Source of the DNA: an uncultured delta proteobacterium
GTDB taxonomy: Bacteria > Desulfobacterota > Binatia > Binatales > Binataceae
DNA length: 64,000 bases
Reading direction: 5' to 3'
Assembly: GCA_963747845.1 (NCBI GenBank)
Contig: CAVVGR010000007.1
Span: 194,025-258,024, forward strand
The stretch's first letter is position 1; each line of letters starts with the position of its first letter. Positions 37,649 to 46,921 of the stretch are shown here, in pieces. Position numbers and translations under genes: made by a program. A model generated the notes under the pieces. The model was not told the DNA's origin, did no database searches, and worked only from the letters and a program-made list of their open reading frames with translations.

Positions 37649-38185
37649 TCATTTGTCCGGCTTGAAATCGCGCGGCCCGAAGTATTCTTCGAGCACGGTC
37701 ATGAACGGTCCGCATGCGCGATGCTGTTTCACGAGCTTCATCGCCTCTTCGAGAGACATTTGCCGATATGCACGCAGGAACGCAATCGCCAGCGTCGGCG
37801 CGCGATTCATCCCCGCGTTGCAATGCAGGTAGACGCGCGAGCCGTCGCCGACCAGGTCGCGCAGGTCGTGCAGCGCAACCTCGAGCCGCTCGGCCATCGC
37901 GTCCGCGCTGCCATCCTGAATCGGCGTGCGCACGTAGTCGATCCCGTGCGCGTCGTATTCGGCACTCAGCTCGCGGTTATCCAACCCGTTCATCCGCAGG
38001 TCGTCGTCGTCCTGCAGATTGTGAACCGCGGTGATTCCGTAGGTGTCCTTGAGCCAGCCGATATCGGCCTGGCTGGGATACTCGCCGACCAACAACTCGT
38101 CCGAGATAACGCTGACCGACGGCCGCCGGTCGCCGCGACTGGGCCGCGCGCCGTTGTCAGGCCGTTTGCTGAACCAATCAACCAT
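37649..38185 (-). CDS. dual-specificity (CX5R) phosphatase-fold protein
   Basis: Active-site loop VYLHCNAGMNRAPT (HCxxGxxR) in a 178-aa, DSP-sized protein. Confidence 0.75.
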   Translation of the reverse strand: MVDWFSKRPDNGARPSRGDRRPSVSVISDELLVGEYPSQADIGWLKDTYGITAVHNLQDDDDLRMNGLDNRELSAEYDAHGIDYVRTPIQDGSADAMAERLEVALHDLRDLVGDGSRVYLHCNAGMNRAPTLAIAFLRAYRQMSLEEAMKLVKQHRACGPFMTVLEEYFGPRDFKPDK

Positions 38186-38251
38186 TACCCAAATGTAACC
38201 ATCCGGCGGGTAAGTATTCCAGCGTCAGCTTGACGCCGCGACGCCGAGCCA

Positions 38252-41200
38252 TCACGCCTTGGCGTGGCCGCGCGGCAGCTCCGGCGAACGATCGCTCCGC
38301 GAGCGCGCGTGCTTGACCGGTTCGACGCCGTTGGAAGCTTGCGTCGATTGCGTCGAGGCACGAGGCAGGCGTGAGCGCGATCCGGATAGCGCGATGACCG
38401 CCGCGCGCATCATGTCGGAAATCTTGCGATACGCACCGGCGCCTTCGGAACTCGCCGCCAGCTCGCGCAGCTCGTCCGCCGTAATCGCGCGACCGATGCG
38501 GACTTCCACCGGATGGCGCCGCGGGATGAGACTGCCCTTGCCCATCACGTCATGCGTGCCGCGAATCAGCACCGGCAGCACGTCGCATCGGCTGCGCAGC
38601 GCCAGGAATCCCGCGCCGCTCTTGAACTCGTGGATCTCGCCGTCGGCCGAGCGCGTGCCCTCGGGGAACATCAGCACGCTGCGCCCCTGCGCAAGCTCGG
38701 CCAGCGCGTCTTCGAGCGATTCGAGTTGTGCGCGTTCGCGATCGAACGGCATCAGCGAGGTGAAGTTCGACGCGAGAAACCGCCGCGCCGGCGTGTTGAA
38801 GAAATAATCCCTGGCGGCGAGCACGCGGATGTCGTCGCCGATTGCGCCGAGCGCATGACCGACCAGGCTGAAGTCGAGATGACTCGAATGATTCGCGACG
38901 ACGATGAAGTTGCGATTGACCGGGATGTTGCCGCGCCCCAGAACCTTCGGCTTCAGCCATCCGTCGAAAATCGCGCGCTCTGCTCCTCGGACAGCGAAGC
39001 GGCCGAGCCACTTCAACGGCGCCGGCAGGTGCACGGTATAAGGCTCGGCGAACTTTGCGTACGACGGCATCCGCGGACGAGCGTTGCCGCCCGGCTGCGC
39101 GGCGAGAAGTTGCAGATCGCCGACGGTGCGCACGTCGGAAATTTCCTCCAGCGCTATCTCGCGGCTCGCGCGCTCGCCAATCAGCTCGCCGATTTCCGCA
39201 AGCGCGAGCGAGTCGAGACCCAGGTCCTCGATCAAGCGGGTCGCCGGCGTGATGTTGACCGGCTCGGTGGCGATCAGCGCGAGCGCCTCGGCCAGCCACG
39301 TCTCGACTTCGGAGTTGGCGCTATCGGCGTCGGCGTCGCTCGCGCGAACGTCGAGCATCCGGCGCAGCGTCGCGGCCACGTCGGCGCGTTTGATCTTGCG
39401 GGTGCGCGTGCGCGGCAGTTCGGCGTCGGTGAAGCGCAGGATGCGGATGCGCTTGTGCACGCTGAGTTCGCGCGCGACCTTGTCGAAGTCGCTGCGCAGC
39501 CGATCCTCGACGGCTCGCCGGCTCTCGCCGCGCGCGTACGCGGGCACGACCATCGCCGCAACCTGCTCGCCCTGGCCGACCTTCAAGCCGACCACCGCCA
39601 TCTCCTTGACGTACTGCGAACGGCCGTAAATTTCTTCGAGCTCTTCGATATAGATGTTGTTGCCGCCGGAATCGACGATGACTTCCTTGGCGCGGCCGAC
39701 GATGTACAAACGCCCGTCGTCGTCGAAGCGCCCGAGGTCGCCCGTGTGAAGCCATCCGTCGACGAGAACTTCGGCGGTCGCGGCTTCGTTGCGATAGTAA
39801 CCCGCCATCACGTTGGGCCCGTGCGCTACTATCTCGCCAATCGATCCGGTCGCGGGCGCGAGTTTGATCTCGACGCCGTTCAGCGGTCTTCCCACCGCGC
39901 CGACTTGCAGCGGTTCGTCGGGCCGCGCGACCGCGAGCACCGGCGCACCTTCAGTCAGACCGTAGCCTTCGAGCAGCGGGATGCCGATGTCGTTGAAAAA
40001 CTCGGCGACGCGATGGGGCAGGGCGGATCCGCCGCTGACGGCAAGCCGCAGCCGTCCGCCCAGTGCGGAATGAACCTGGCGGAAAACGATCGAGCCGAAG
40101 TTGAGGCCCGAGTTCGCGTCGAGCCGGCGATTGAGGTCGCGCAGGTTGTCGAAGGCGGCGTGAAAAAACGGACCGCGCGCTTCGACTTCGTCCACGATGC
40201 GCCGATGGACCGCCTCCCACACCGCGGGCACTCCGATCAGCGCGGTCGGGCGCACGTCGGCGAGCGTGCGCGAGAGCGTCTTCGCATCGACTTCGAGCGG
40301 ATAGACGATCGTCGCGCCGCTGGCGAGCGGCAGCAGCATCCCGCAAGTGAACTCGAACGCGTGATGCAGCGGGAGCAGCGACAGGACCACGTCGTCAGCG
40401 CCGAGAATAAAGACGCGCGACAGCATCGCCACTTCGGCGGCGAAGTTGCCGTGCGACAGCATCACGCCCTTGGGCGTGCCGGTGCTGCCGGACGTGAAGA
40501 GGATCGAGGCCAGCGCTTTTCGCTCAGGCGGCGCGGGCGGAGTCTTCGCGTCGCCGCGCAGGATGAACGGACGCGCGAGCTCGGCGAGATCGAGCTCGAT
40601 GAGTTTCGGATAAGCGTCGGCAAGCCCCGCGCCGAGGCGTTGGTGGACCGCGCTCGAGCGCAGCGCAGCCGTGGGCTCGGCGATTTTGCAAAGTGGCGCG
40701 AGCTCTTCGGCGGAAATCAACTGATCGAGCGGCACGGCAATCGCGCCCGCGCACAGAATTGCGAAGTAGCCGAGCACCCAATCGGGCGAGTTCTCGCCTA
40801 TCAGCAGCACGCGGTCGCCAGGCTTGATGCCGCGCGTCGCCAGTAGCAAGGCCGCGCGATGCGCACGGTCGCGCAGCTCGCGATAAGTGGTCGGCGTCTG
40901 CTCGCCCGACGGCCGGCGCGCGATCATCGCAACGCGCGAGCCGTAGCGGTCGGCGGCGCGATCGAGCATGTCGACCAGGCTGCGATGACGCGGCAGCGAC
41001 TTGGCCCGGCCGCGCGTGTGGAGATCGAGCTGCGGGAAGATGTGCCGACGCAGGCCCGGCAAGTGAATGTTGATCCAGTAGTCGCGCCAGTCGATCAAGT
41101 CGGGGCGAAACGGATGATGCTCGGCGTCGGCCGGCTTGAGGCTCGCGTACAGCTCGCGAATATTGGCGCCGTGAAAAGTATAGATGAGCTTCTGGATGTA

Positions 41201-42576
41201 GGGGCGATAGACCTCGACCAGGTCGCGCGCGAGGTCGGTGTTCTCCTTGAATTTGTCGATTGCGCCTTCGATTTTCTTCGCGCGCTGATTTTCTTCGCCG
41301 ACAACGCTGCGCGCGAACGCCGCCGCCTGCTTGAGAATCTGCGGAACCCTGTTGCTGGCGAGGTCGTAAGTGTTCTGAGAGACGACGACCGCTTCCAGAT
41401 GAGGCCCCAACCAGCGCATCGTGCCGCCGTCCTTGCGATGCTCGCGGCGATTGCTGAGCGCAGTCAGCTCGACCAGCCGGCGCATCGGCAGCGGATTCCG
41501 ATCCGAAGTGCAGAGCTGGTAGATGGGCTTGTGCTTGCGTGTGAGCAGCGCGCCGAGAATCGGAATCATCGCATGCGCCGCGAGATCGACCGGGATCACG
41601 TCGAGCACGAGCTCCGCTTTCGCGGGATAGAACCGGTAGCCGCGCCCCGCGAGATAAGTCAGCGGCGCGCTGGTGTTGACGCCCTGGTTCCATCCGGGAA
41701 ACGGATCGCGCAGCGCGCTTTCAATAATTGCCGGACGGACGACCGTGACGTTGAGCGTGTCGCGATGCGCGAGCACGAGCTGCTCGCCGAGGCTCTTGGT
41801 GTAGCTGTACGTGTTGGGCCATCCCCAGGTCTGCGCGCGCTCGCGCCCAACTTCCTTGAGCCGCTCCTCGACCCATTGCTTGCGCCGATGCTCGACCGAC
41901 GACTCGCGCGGCGCGTCAGCGTCGCCGTCGTCGCCACGAAACTCCGCGTGACGAAGCTGATCGCGCGACTCGGCCTGCACGCGCTCGATCGCAGCCAGCG
42001 CGTCGCGAATCTCGCGCTCAAGGCGGAACGACTTGCGCCCGTCCGGGACTCCAGTCCTGCGGGATGTCGTCTTCGTAGCGATGGCCGTCGGCCGCGCCCG
42101 CGACGTAGCACGTCGACACATGCACCATCGCGGCTCCCAGCTTGCGGCAAAACTCGATCACGTTGGCGACGCCGGTCGTGTTGACCTCGATGGCCTTTTC
42201 GAGCGACGCCTCGAAGTTCACGAGGCCCGCGCTATGCACGACGGCGTCGAGAGCTGCCCGGCTTGAACGGCGTCGCATCATCGGCGAGCAGGCCGTTGTT
42301 GGTGATGTCGCCGGGCACGATGACGATCTTTTCTTCGATGTAGCGATCGAACCTGTCGCCGAGATGTTCGCGCAGCGGGCCGAACACCGGCGAGTCGAGA
42401 ATCTCGCGCCGAAAGCGGCCGTTGCTGCTGCGCCGGTCGCCGCGAATCAGCAGGTAGACGCGGTCGAGCTCGGGATGCCATCGCAGGAGGACCGCGAGGA
42501 ACACTTTGCCGAGAAAGCCGGTCGCGCCGGTGAGCAGGATGCGCCGGCCTTTGAAGATCTGCTCGAGCGGCGGCAT
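38252..42576 (-). CDS. multidomain lipid megasynthase: fatty-acyl reductase (SDR-e) - acyl-AMP ligase - acyl carrier domain - 1-acylglycerol-3-phosphate-type acyltransferase (ElbD-like domain set); two apparent frameshifts in the reductase domain
   Basis: ORFs 42232-42738 (start ATG 42576: MPPLEQIFKGRRILLTGATGFLGKV), 42018-42281 (VHSAGLVNFEASL...VHVSTCYVAG) and 38252-42121. Motifs are YSYTKSLGE, FTSGSTGTPKGV, GYGLTEGAP, HTGDLGRFDDDGRLYIVGRAKE, PRTRTRKIKR, LGLDSLALAE, VVANHSSHLD and MFPEGTRS. Confidence 0.85.
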
Positions 42577-42620
42577 TCGTTGACGCGGTGCGCGCCGCCG
42601 CGCTGTTTCGTTTGCCGTTG

Positions 42621-44262
42621 CTACTCGACATCGGCGATCACCAGCGGCGGCAGATGCAGGTAGGTTATCGAGGCCGAGCGTCCCAGCTCCGAAGTCGCCA
42701 TCGCAATTGCCTCGTCGAGCGTGTCGGCCGCTTCCCATCCCAGCCGCGCCGCCACCTCAGGCTCCTCGCATCCCGCCGCGATCACGCGCCCGACATGCTG
42801 GCGCGCCGGCTCGCCCCAGTACCACATGTAGAACGGATGCACGCCGTGGTACGCGTTGCCGTAGCGGTACATGTGGATATAGGTCGGGTTGCGCGCGAAC
42901 TCGCGCTCGAAAGTTTTCTCGAGCTCGACGGCGTCGGTCGTCTCGGCGAGGCATCGATGGAAAAACTCGATGTAGCTCGGATGATGCTCGGGATGAAACT
43001 CGTCGCGCAGCGGATGACAGATGATCATCGTACCGCCTTCACGCACCAGCGGCTTGTTGCGATACATGTTGAACAGGTAGCCGAGCCCGGTGCATTGCAC
43101 GAGCACGGGGTTCATTATCGAGTTCACGTTGTACGGACAGACGTACGGAACACCGACGATTAGTATGTCGGCCTGTCCTTTCACCGGCACCGCATACTGC
43201 TGGAACACGCGCGCGAGCGCCTTCTGATGCACCGTCTCGGTATCGCCCGCCCACACGCCGATCATCCCGTACGGCGCCGCGTAGTTGTGGAGCATCGTGC
43301 GGCGCATCTCGTTCGACATGTTCCGCATCGTCCACTGGAAGCCTTTCAGGCGCGTGCGATCCCAATCGGTGAAGTGGTCCTCGTTCTTGTGCAGGAAGTC
43401 GAGCATCCCGCCGTACATCCGCGTGTTCACCGCAGTTTCGATCTGAAAAATCTTGACCGACTTGTGAATCAGCTTGCCCATCCGGTCCGACGATCGATGC
43501 AGCGCCGAGCGCGTCGGGTCCATGTACGAGTGCGAATCGCGCAGCGTGCCGACGTTGTGGTGATGACGCAGGCTCTGGTACGGCGCGAGGCCGACGGCGA
43601 CCGACTTGTGCCCGCCGTCCATCGGCACCAGGTTGATGTTCAAATAAATGAGCAGGTCCGACTCCGCCGCGCGCCGCGACAGCCACACTTCCTCGCCATG
43701 CTCGGTCTTGCCGAGCATCGCCAGCTCGGCGCGATTCTCCGCGTCGAAGTTGTAGAGCCGGTCCGGCCAGTACTGCTTGAATGCGCGCTCGCCGACCACG
43801 CGGCGAATCTCGGCTTCCGTCATCCGCCGATGCAGCGAGGTCGCGATCACGAGATGCACGTCGTCGACGCCGTAGTCGGCCAGCGTCTGCAGCACCTGGT
43901 TAAGCAGGCGCTCGCGAATGTCGGGCCGGCGCATCTGCGGCAGCGGCAGGCTGATGTCGTCGATCGCGATCGTCACGCGCATGTTGGGGCTGAGCTGCGC
44001 GAACAGCGGGTCCTGATTTTCGGGATGGAGCAGGGCGTAGCGAACGGCCTGGTCGGGGTCGGCCAGCGGATCCATCGGCGGCGGCGGATAGATGACGCGG
44101 GTGCCGACCGGCAATTTCTCGAACAGAAATTCCTCGCCGTACGGGAATGATGCGGCGCTCGGAGCGTCGATTGACCCTGACGACCAGGTCGCTGCGCGCG
44201 CCGACCTCGTGCCGCAGCTCGGCGGTTTTCAGTTCCTTGAGTTTTCCTTCAGGCCGCGCCAT
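42621..44262 (-). CDS. LarA-like (lactate racemase N-terminal domain / DUF2088) protein, one apparent frameshift
   Basis: ORF 42621-44114 with [12 protein letters not shown] and [28 protein letters not shown]. The N-terminus in ORF 43900-44262 ([40 protein letters not shown]) joins [20 protein letters not shown] after removal of one base at about 44140. Confidence 0.65.
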
Positions 44263-45070
44263 TCGAGCCTCGCGTCGATTGTTCGCTGTCGTGGTTGAGT
44301 TCCAGGTGGCTGTCGAAATCGCCGGCCTGCGCCGAGTCCGCGGCTTTCTCGAAATGGATGACCGGCCATTGCCGGCTGAGCGCCGCGGCGCGCAACCTGC
44401 GGTCGGGATTGACGGCGACGGGATGGCCGAGCGCGGCGAGAAACGCGGTGTCGTAATGCGAGTCGGCGTAACCCCAGCAATCCGCCAGTTTCATATCGTG
44501 CGCGGCGGCGTAGTCCGCGCACCAGACCGCTTTCTCGTCGCCTGCCATCACGGGTTCAGCGAGCCGGCCCGTCGCGCGGCCGCGGCTGAAGACAAAACGG
44601 TTGGCGGCGAAATCCGCAATCCCAAGATGACGCGCCAGCGGCGCGACGACGAAATCCGGCGATCCGGTTACGAGCACCGGATCGATCCCGGCCTCGCGAT
44701 TCGCCTCGATCAACTCGACTGCGCGCGGAAACAGATGGCCGATGAGGACGCGATCGCAATATTCCTCGCCGAGCGAGAACAGCCGATCGCGCGACACGCC
44801 CTTGAACGCCTCGAACAGCACCGTGTTCAGCAGCCGGCGGTCGCGCTGTTCGGCGATATACAAGCGGGGGATACGCGCGGCGAAACCGAGCAGGTACGAC
44901 ACGCGCCCGGACCATTCGCCGACGTTGGCGAGGGTGAAAACAGCCGCGTGCACGAGATTGGTATCGACCAGCGTCCCGTCCAGATCGTAAAAGGCCACGC
45001 GGCGCCTGGAGGCCTTCAAACCCTTGTGGGCGTGGCCATTTGTGGCTTTTTTGGTAGCGTAAACTGACAT
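44249..45070 (-). CDS. HAD-IB subfamily hydrolase (SerB-like phosphatase fold)
   Basis: Motif I AFYDLDGTLVD, motif II VLVTGSPDF and motif IV GYADSHYDTAFL. ATG lies 1 nt after the tetR stop, and the 3' end overlaps the next gene by 14 nt. Confidence 0.8.
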   Translation of the reverse strand: MSVYATKKATNGHAHKGLKASRRRVAFYDLDGTLVDTNLVHAAVFTLANVGEWSGRVSYLLGFAARIPRLYIAEQRDRRLLNTVLFEAFKGVSRDRLFSLGEEYCDRVLIGHLFPRAVELIEANREAGIDPVLVTGSPDFVVAPLARHLGIADFAANRFVFSRGRATGRLAEPVMAGDEKAVWCADYAAAHDMKLADCWGYADSHYDTAFLAALGHPVAVNPDRRLRAAALSRQWPVIHFEKAADSAQAGDFDSHLELNHDSEQSTRGSNGAA

Positions 45071-45071
45071 G

Positions 45072-45740
45072 TCAGTCTAGTTTTGTCACAAAAAAAGACT
45101 CGTTCGCGGATGCCGCTTTGCCTGCTGCCGGTGCCAGTTGCGGCACGAACTTGAACAGCTCGGGACGCGCGACGCCGCTGAGACCGAACTGCAGGATTTC
45201 TTCGACCAGCGCCGAGATGTCGGTCTCGTTGCTGCGCGAAAGCATCCCGATCACTTCCTTGATTCCGCCCAGGATTGCGTAGGAGACCGCGCGCGTATCC
45301 GAGTTGCGCACCAGGCTCATCTCGATCCCGAGATCGAGCGAGCGTTTGATCAGCGCCGCGATGCGGTCGTAGAAATCCTGGATCTTGTCGTCGAGCTCGT
45401 GGTCGAAGCCGGTCGAATGGTTGAGCAGGATGTCGGTGAGCTCGCGCTCGGCGAGCACGTAGCTCAGCACCCGCGTCAGGTTCGCGCGCAACTGATCGAC
45501 GGGATCCGCTTCGCCCGGTCCGACCCGCAGCCGCTGAACGCGCTGGGTCAACTCGTTGACGACCTGCTCGAGCAACTCCTCGAACAGGTCTTTCTTGTTC
45601 TGGAAATAGAGATAGAACGTGCCACGCGCGATGCGCGCGCGCGCAATGATGTCCGCGACATTGGTCCTGTGATATCCCTTGCGGGCAAAGATGCGCTTGG
45701 CGTGGCGCAGCACTTGGGCGCGTCGGGCTTGGCGTTCCAT
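45072..45740 (-). CDS. TetR/AcrR-family transcriptional regulator (first gene of the operon)
   Basis: HTH AKRIFARKGYHRTNVADIIARARIARGTFYLYFQNKKDLF in a 222-aa protein. Confidence 0.9.
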   Translation of the reverse strand: MERQARRAQVLRHAKRIFARKGYHRTNVADIIARARIARGTFYLYFQNKKDLFEELLEQVVNELTQRVQRLRVGPGEADPVDQLRANLTRVLSYVLAERELTDILLNHSTGFDHELDDKIQDFYDRIAALIKRSLDLGIEMSLVRNSDTRAVSYAILGGIKEVIGMLSRSNETDISALVEEILQFGLSGVARPELFKFVPQLAPAAGKAASANESFFVTKLD

Positions 45741-45801
45741 CGGGATCTCGGTGCGCGGTTTTCTCCGTGCGGAGGTCCCAAGCTAGTCGGGGTTTTCCAC
45801 A

Positions 45802-45819
45802 GTGTCAAACATGTTACAC
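45802..45819. promoter_or_regulatory. imperfect palindrome, candidate TetR operator
   Basis: gtgtcaaaCATGttacac lies in the 108-bp tetR / PPOX-gene divergent region. The arms match except for one extra base. Confidence 0.25.
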
Positions 45820-45848
45820 GGATACTACGAAACGGCGGAGGCATTCAG

Positions 45849-46301
45849 ATGAGCGACTCAAAATTCTGGGACAAGGTTCACGCGGCGGCAGCAAAGGCGA
45901 CGTGGGCATATCTCGCGACTGCAGATGGCGCGCAGCCCAAGGTCCGCGTCGTGCATCCTGCATTTGAAGGCGAGCGCGTGTGGGTCGCGACCGGGCGCGC
46001 GTCGGCTAAGGCTCGGCACGTCGACAAGAATCCCAAGGTCGAGCTCTTCTACCAGATTGGCGACGGAATGGTTCATCTCACGGTTACAGGCAAGGCAAAA
46101 TTCGTGGAGGACGCTACTGAAAAAAAGCGAATCTGGGACGGCAAAGTCTTCGACTACGATCTGTCGCAGTTCTGGCCCGGTGGCGCGGCGTCGAAGGATT
46201 TCGGGCTGATGCTGATAACGCCGGATCGGGTCGAGCTGACGTCGCTGCCGGAGATGACGACGGGCAAGAAGCCGGAGGTGTGGCGGGCGTCGCGGAAGTA
46301 G
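45849..46301 (+). CDS. pyridoxamine 5'-phosphate oxidase-like (general stress protein 26-like) FMN-binding protein
   Basis: MSDSKFWDKVHAAAAKATWAYLATADGAQPKVRVVHPAFEGERVWVATGRASAKARHVDKNPKVELFY...KKRIWDG, the 3' part of ORF 45138-46301. Confidence 0.7.
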   Translation: MSDSKFWDKVHAAAAKATWAYLATADGAQPKVRVVHPAFEGERVWVATGRASAKARHVDKNPKVELFYQIGDGMVHLTVTGKAKFVEDATEKKRIWDGKVFDYDLSQFWPGGAASKDFGLMLITPDRVELTSLPEMTTGKKPEVWRASRK

Positions 46302-46448
46302 GGCGACCTTCCTGAATTGCCTCGCCCCAAGAGGAGGAGAGGCCGACATGCGTCCTAGCGTGGCGGGTGAGGGACAAAATTTTCTGAGGTTCCGATAGAA
46401 TGTGCGGCGCGACGGACAATCGCGCCGCACAATGGTCCTCCACCCTAA

Positions 46449-46472
46449 CCCTCCTCCCATCTGGGAGGAGGG
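46449..46472. repeat. REP-like hairpin ccctcctccc-atct-gggaggaggg preceded by caccctaac
   Basis: 10-bp perfect stem with the same architecture (ccctaac-type arm plus GC hairpin) as the other repeat families. An 11-bp hairpin gtgcggcgcga/tcgcgccgcac lies at 46402-46430. Confidence 0.7.
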
Positions 46473-46517
46473 AATTCGGAGCAGGAGAGGTTAACGATAA
46501 ATTATTAAACCGAATGG

Positions 46518-46546
46518 TTGACAATCGCGCTTGTCAGATGTAATTA
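46518..46546 (+). promoter_or_regulatory. sigma-70-type promoter of the arsR-like operon with an overlapping inverted repeat
   Basis: TTGACA (46518-46523), a 17-nt spacer, then TAATTA (46541-46546). The spacer contains tgacaa-tcgcgc-ttgtca. The ATG at 46556 is only 10 nt from the -10 element. Confidence 0.5.
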
Positions 46547-46555
46547 TTCAACCTG

Positions 46556-46921
46556 ATGGTTGAACAACATTCCGCGCAGCTTGATTCCGTGTTCCACGCG
46601 CTGGCTGATTCGACGCGTCGGCAGATGCTGCGGAGCCTGGCCGGCGGCGAACTCAGTATCGGCGAATTGGCCGCGCCGTTTCGGATGTCGTTTGCGGGCG
46701 CCTCCAAGCACGTCAAGGCGCTCGAACGGGCCGGCCTCGTGCGCAGGACGGTGCTCGGCAGGCAGCACTTCTGCCGGCTGGACGCCGACCGCCTGGCCGA
46801 GGCCGACGAATGGCTCCGCTACTACGAGCGTTTCTGGAAGAGCCGCCTCGACGCGCTCGAGGCCGAGCTGCGCAAACCTGAAAACCTAACAGCGAAAAAT
46901 CGAAGGAGGAAAAAGCGATGA
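46556..46921 (+). CDS. ArsR/SmtB-family transcriptional regulator
   Basis: FHALADSTRRQMLRSLAGGELSIGELAAPFRMSFAGASKHVKALERAGLV. It overlaps the downstream Aha1-like gene by 4 nt. Confidence 0.9.
   Translation: MVEQHSAQLDSVFHALADSTRRQMLRSLAGGELSIGELAAPFRMSFAGASKHVKALERAGLVRRTVLGRQHFCRLDADRLAEADEWLRYYERFWKSRLDALEAELRKPENLTAKNRRRKKR

Noticed and set aside
38513-40846. 777-aa plus-strand ORF (and 40859-42184, 441 aa) opposite the megasynthase.
   Set aside because: It is an antisense artefact of high GC, with an Arg-rich composition and no motifs. The minus strand carries complete adenylation, carrier and acyltransferase motifs.
45064-45075. 12-nt perfect palindrome ctgacatgtcag at the tetR/HAD junction.
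   Set aside because: It is fully explained by the overlapping stop (TGA) and start (ATG) codons on the coding strand and is too short to argue for a binding site.
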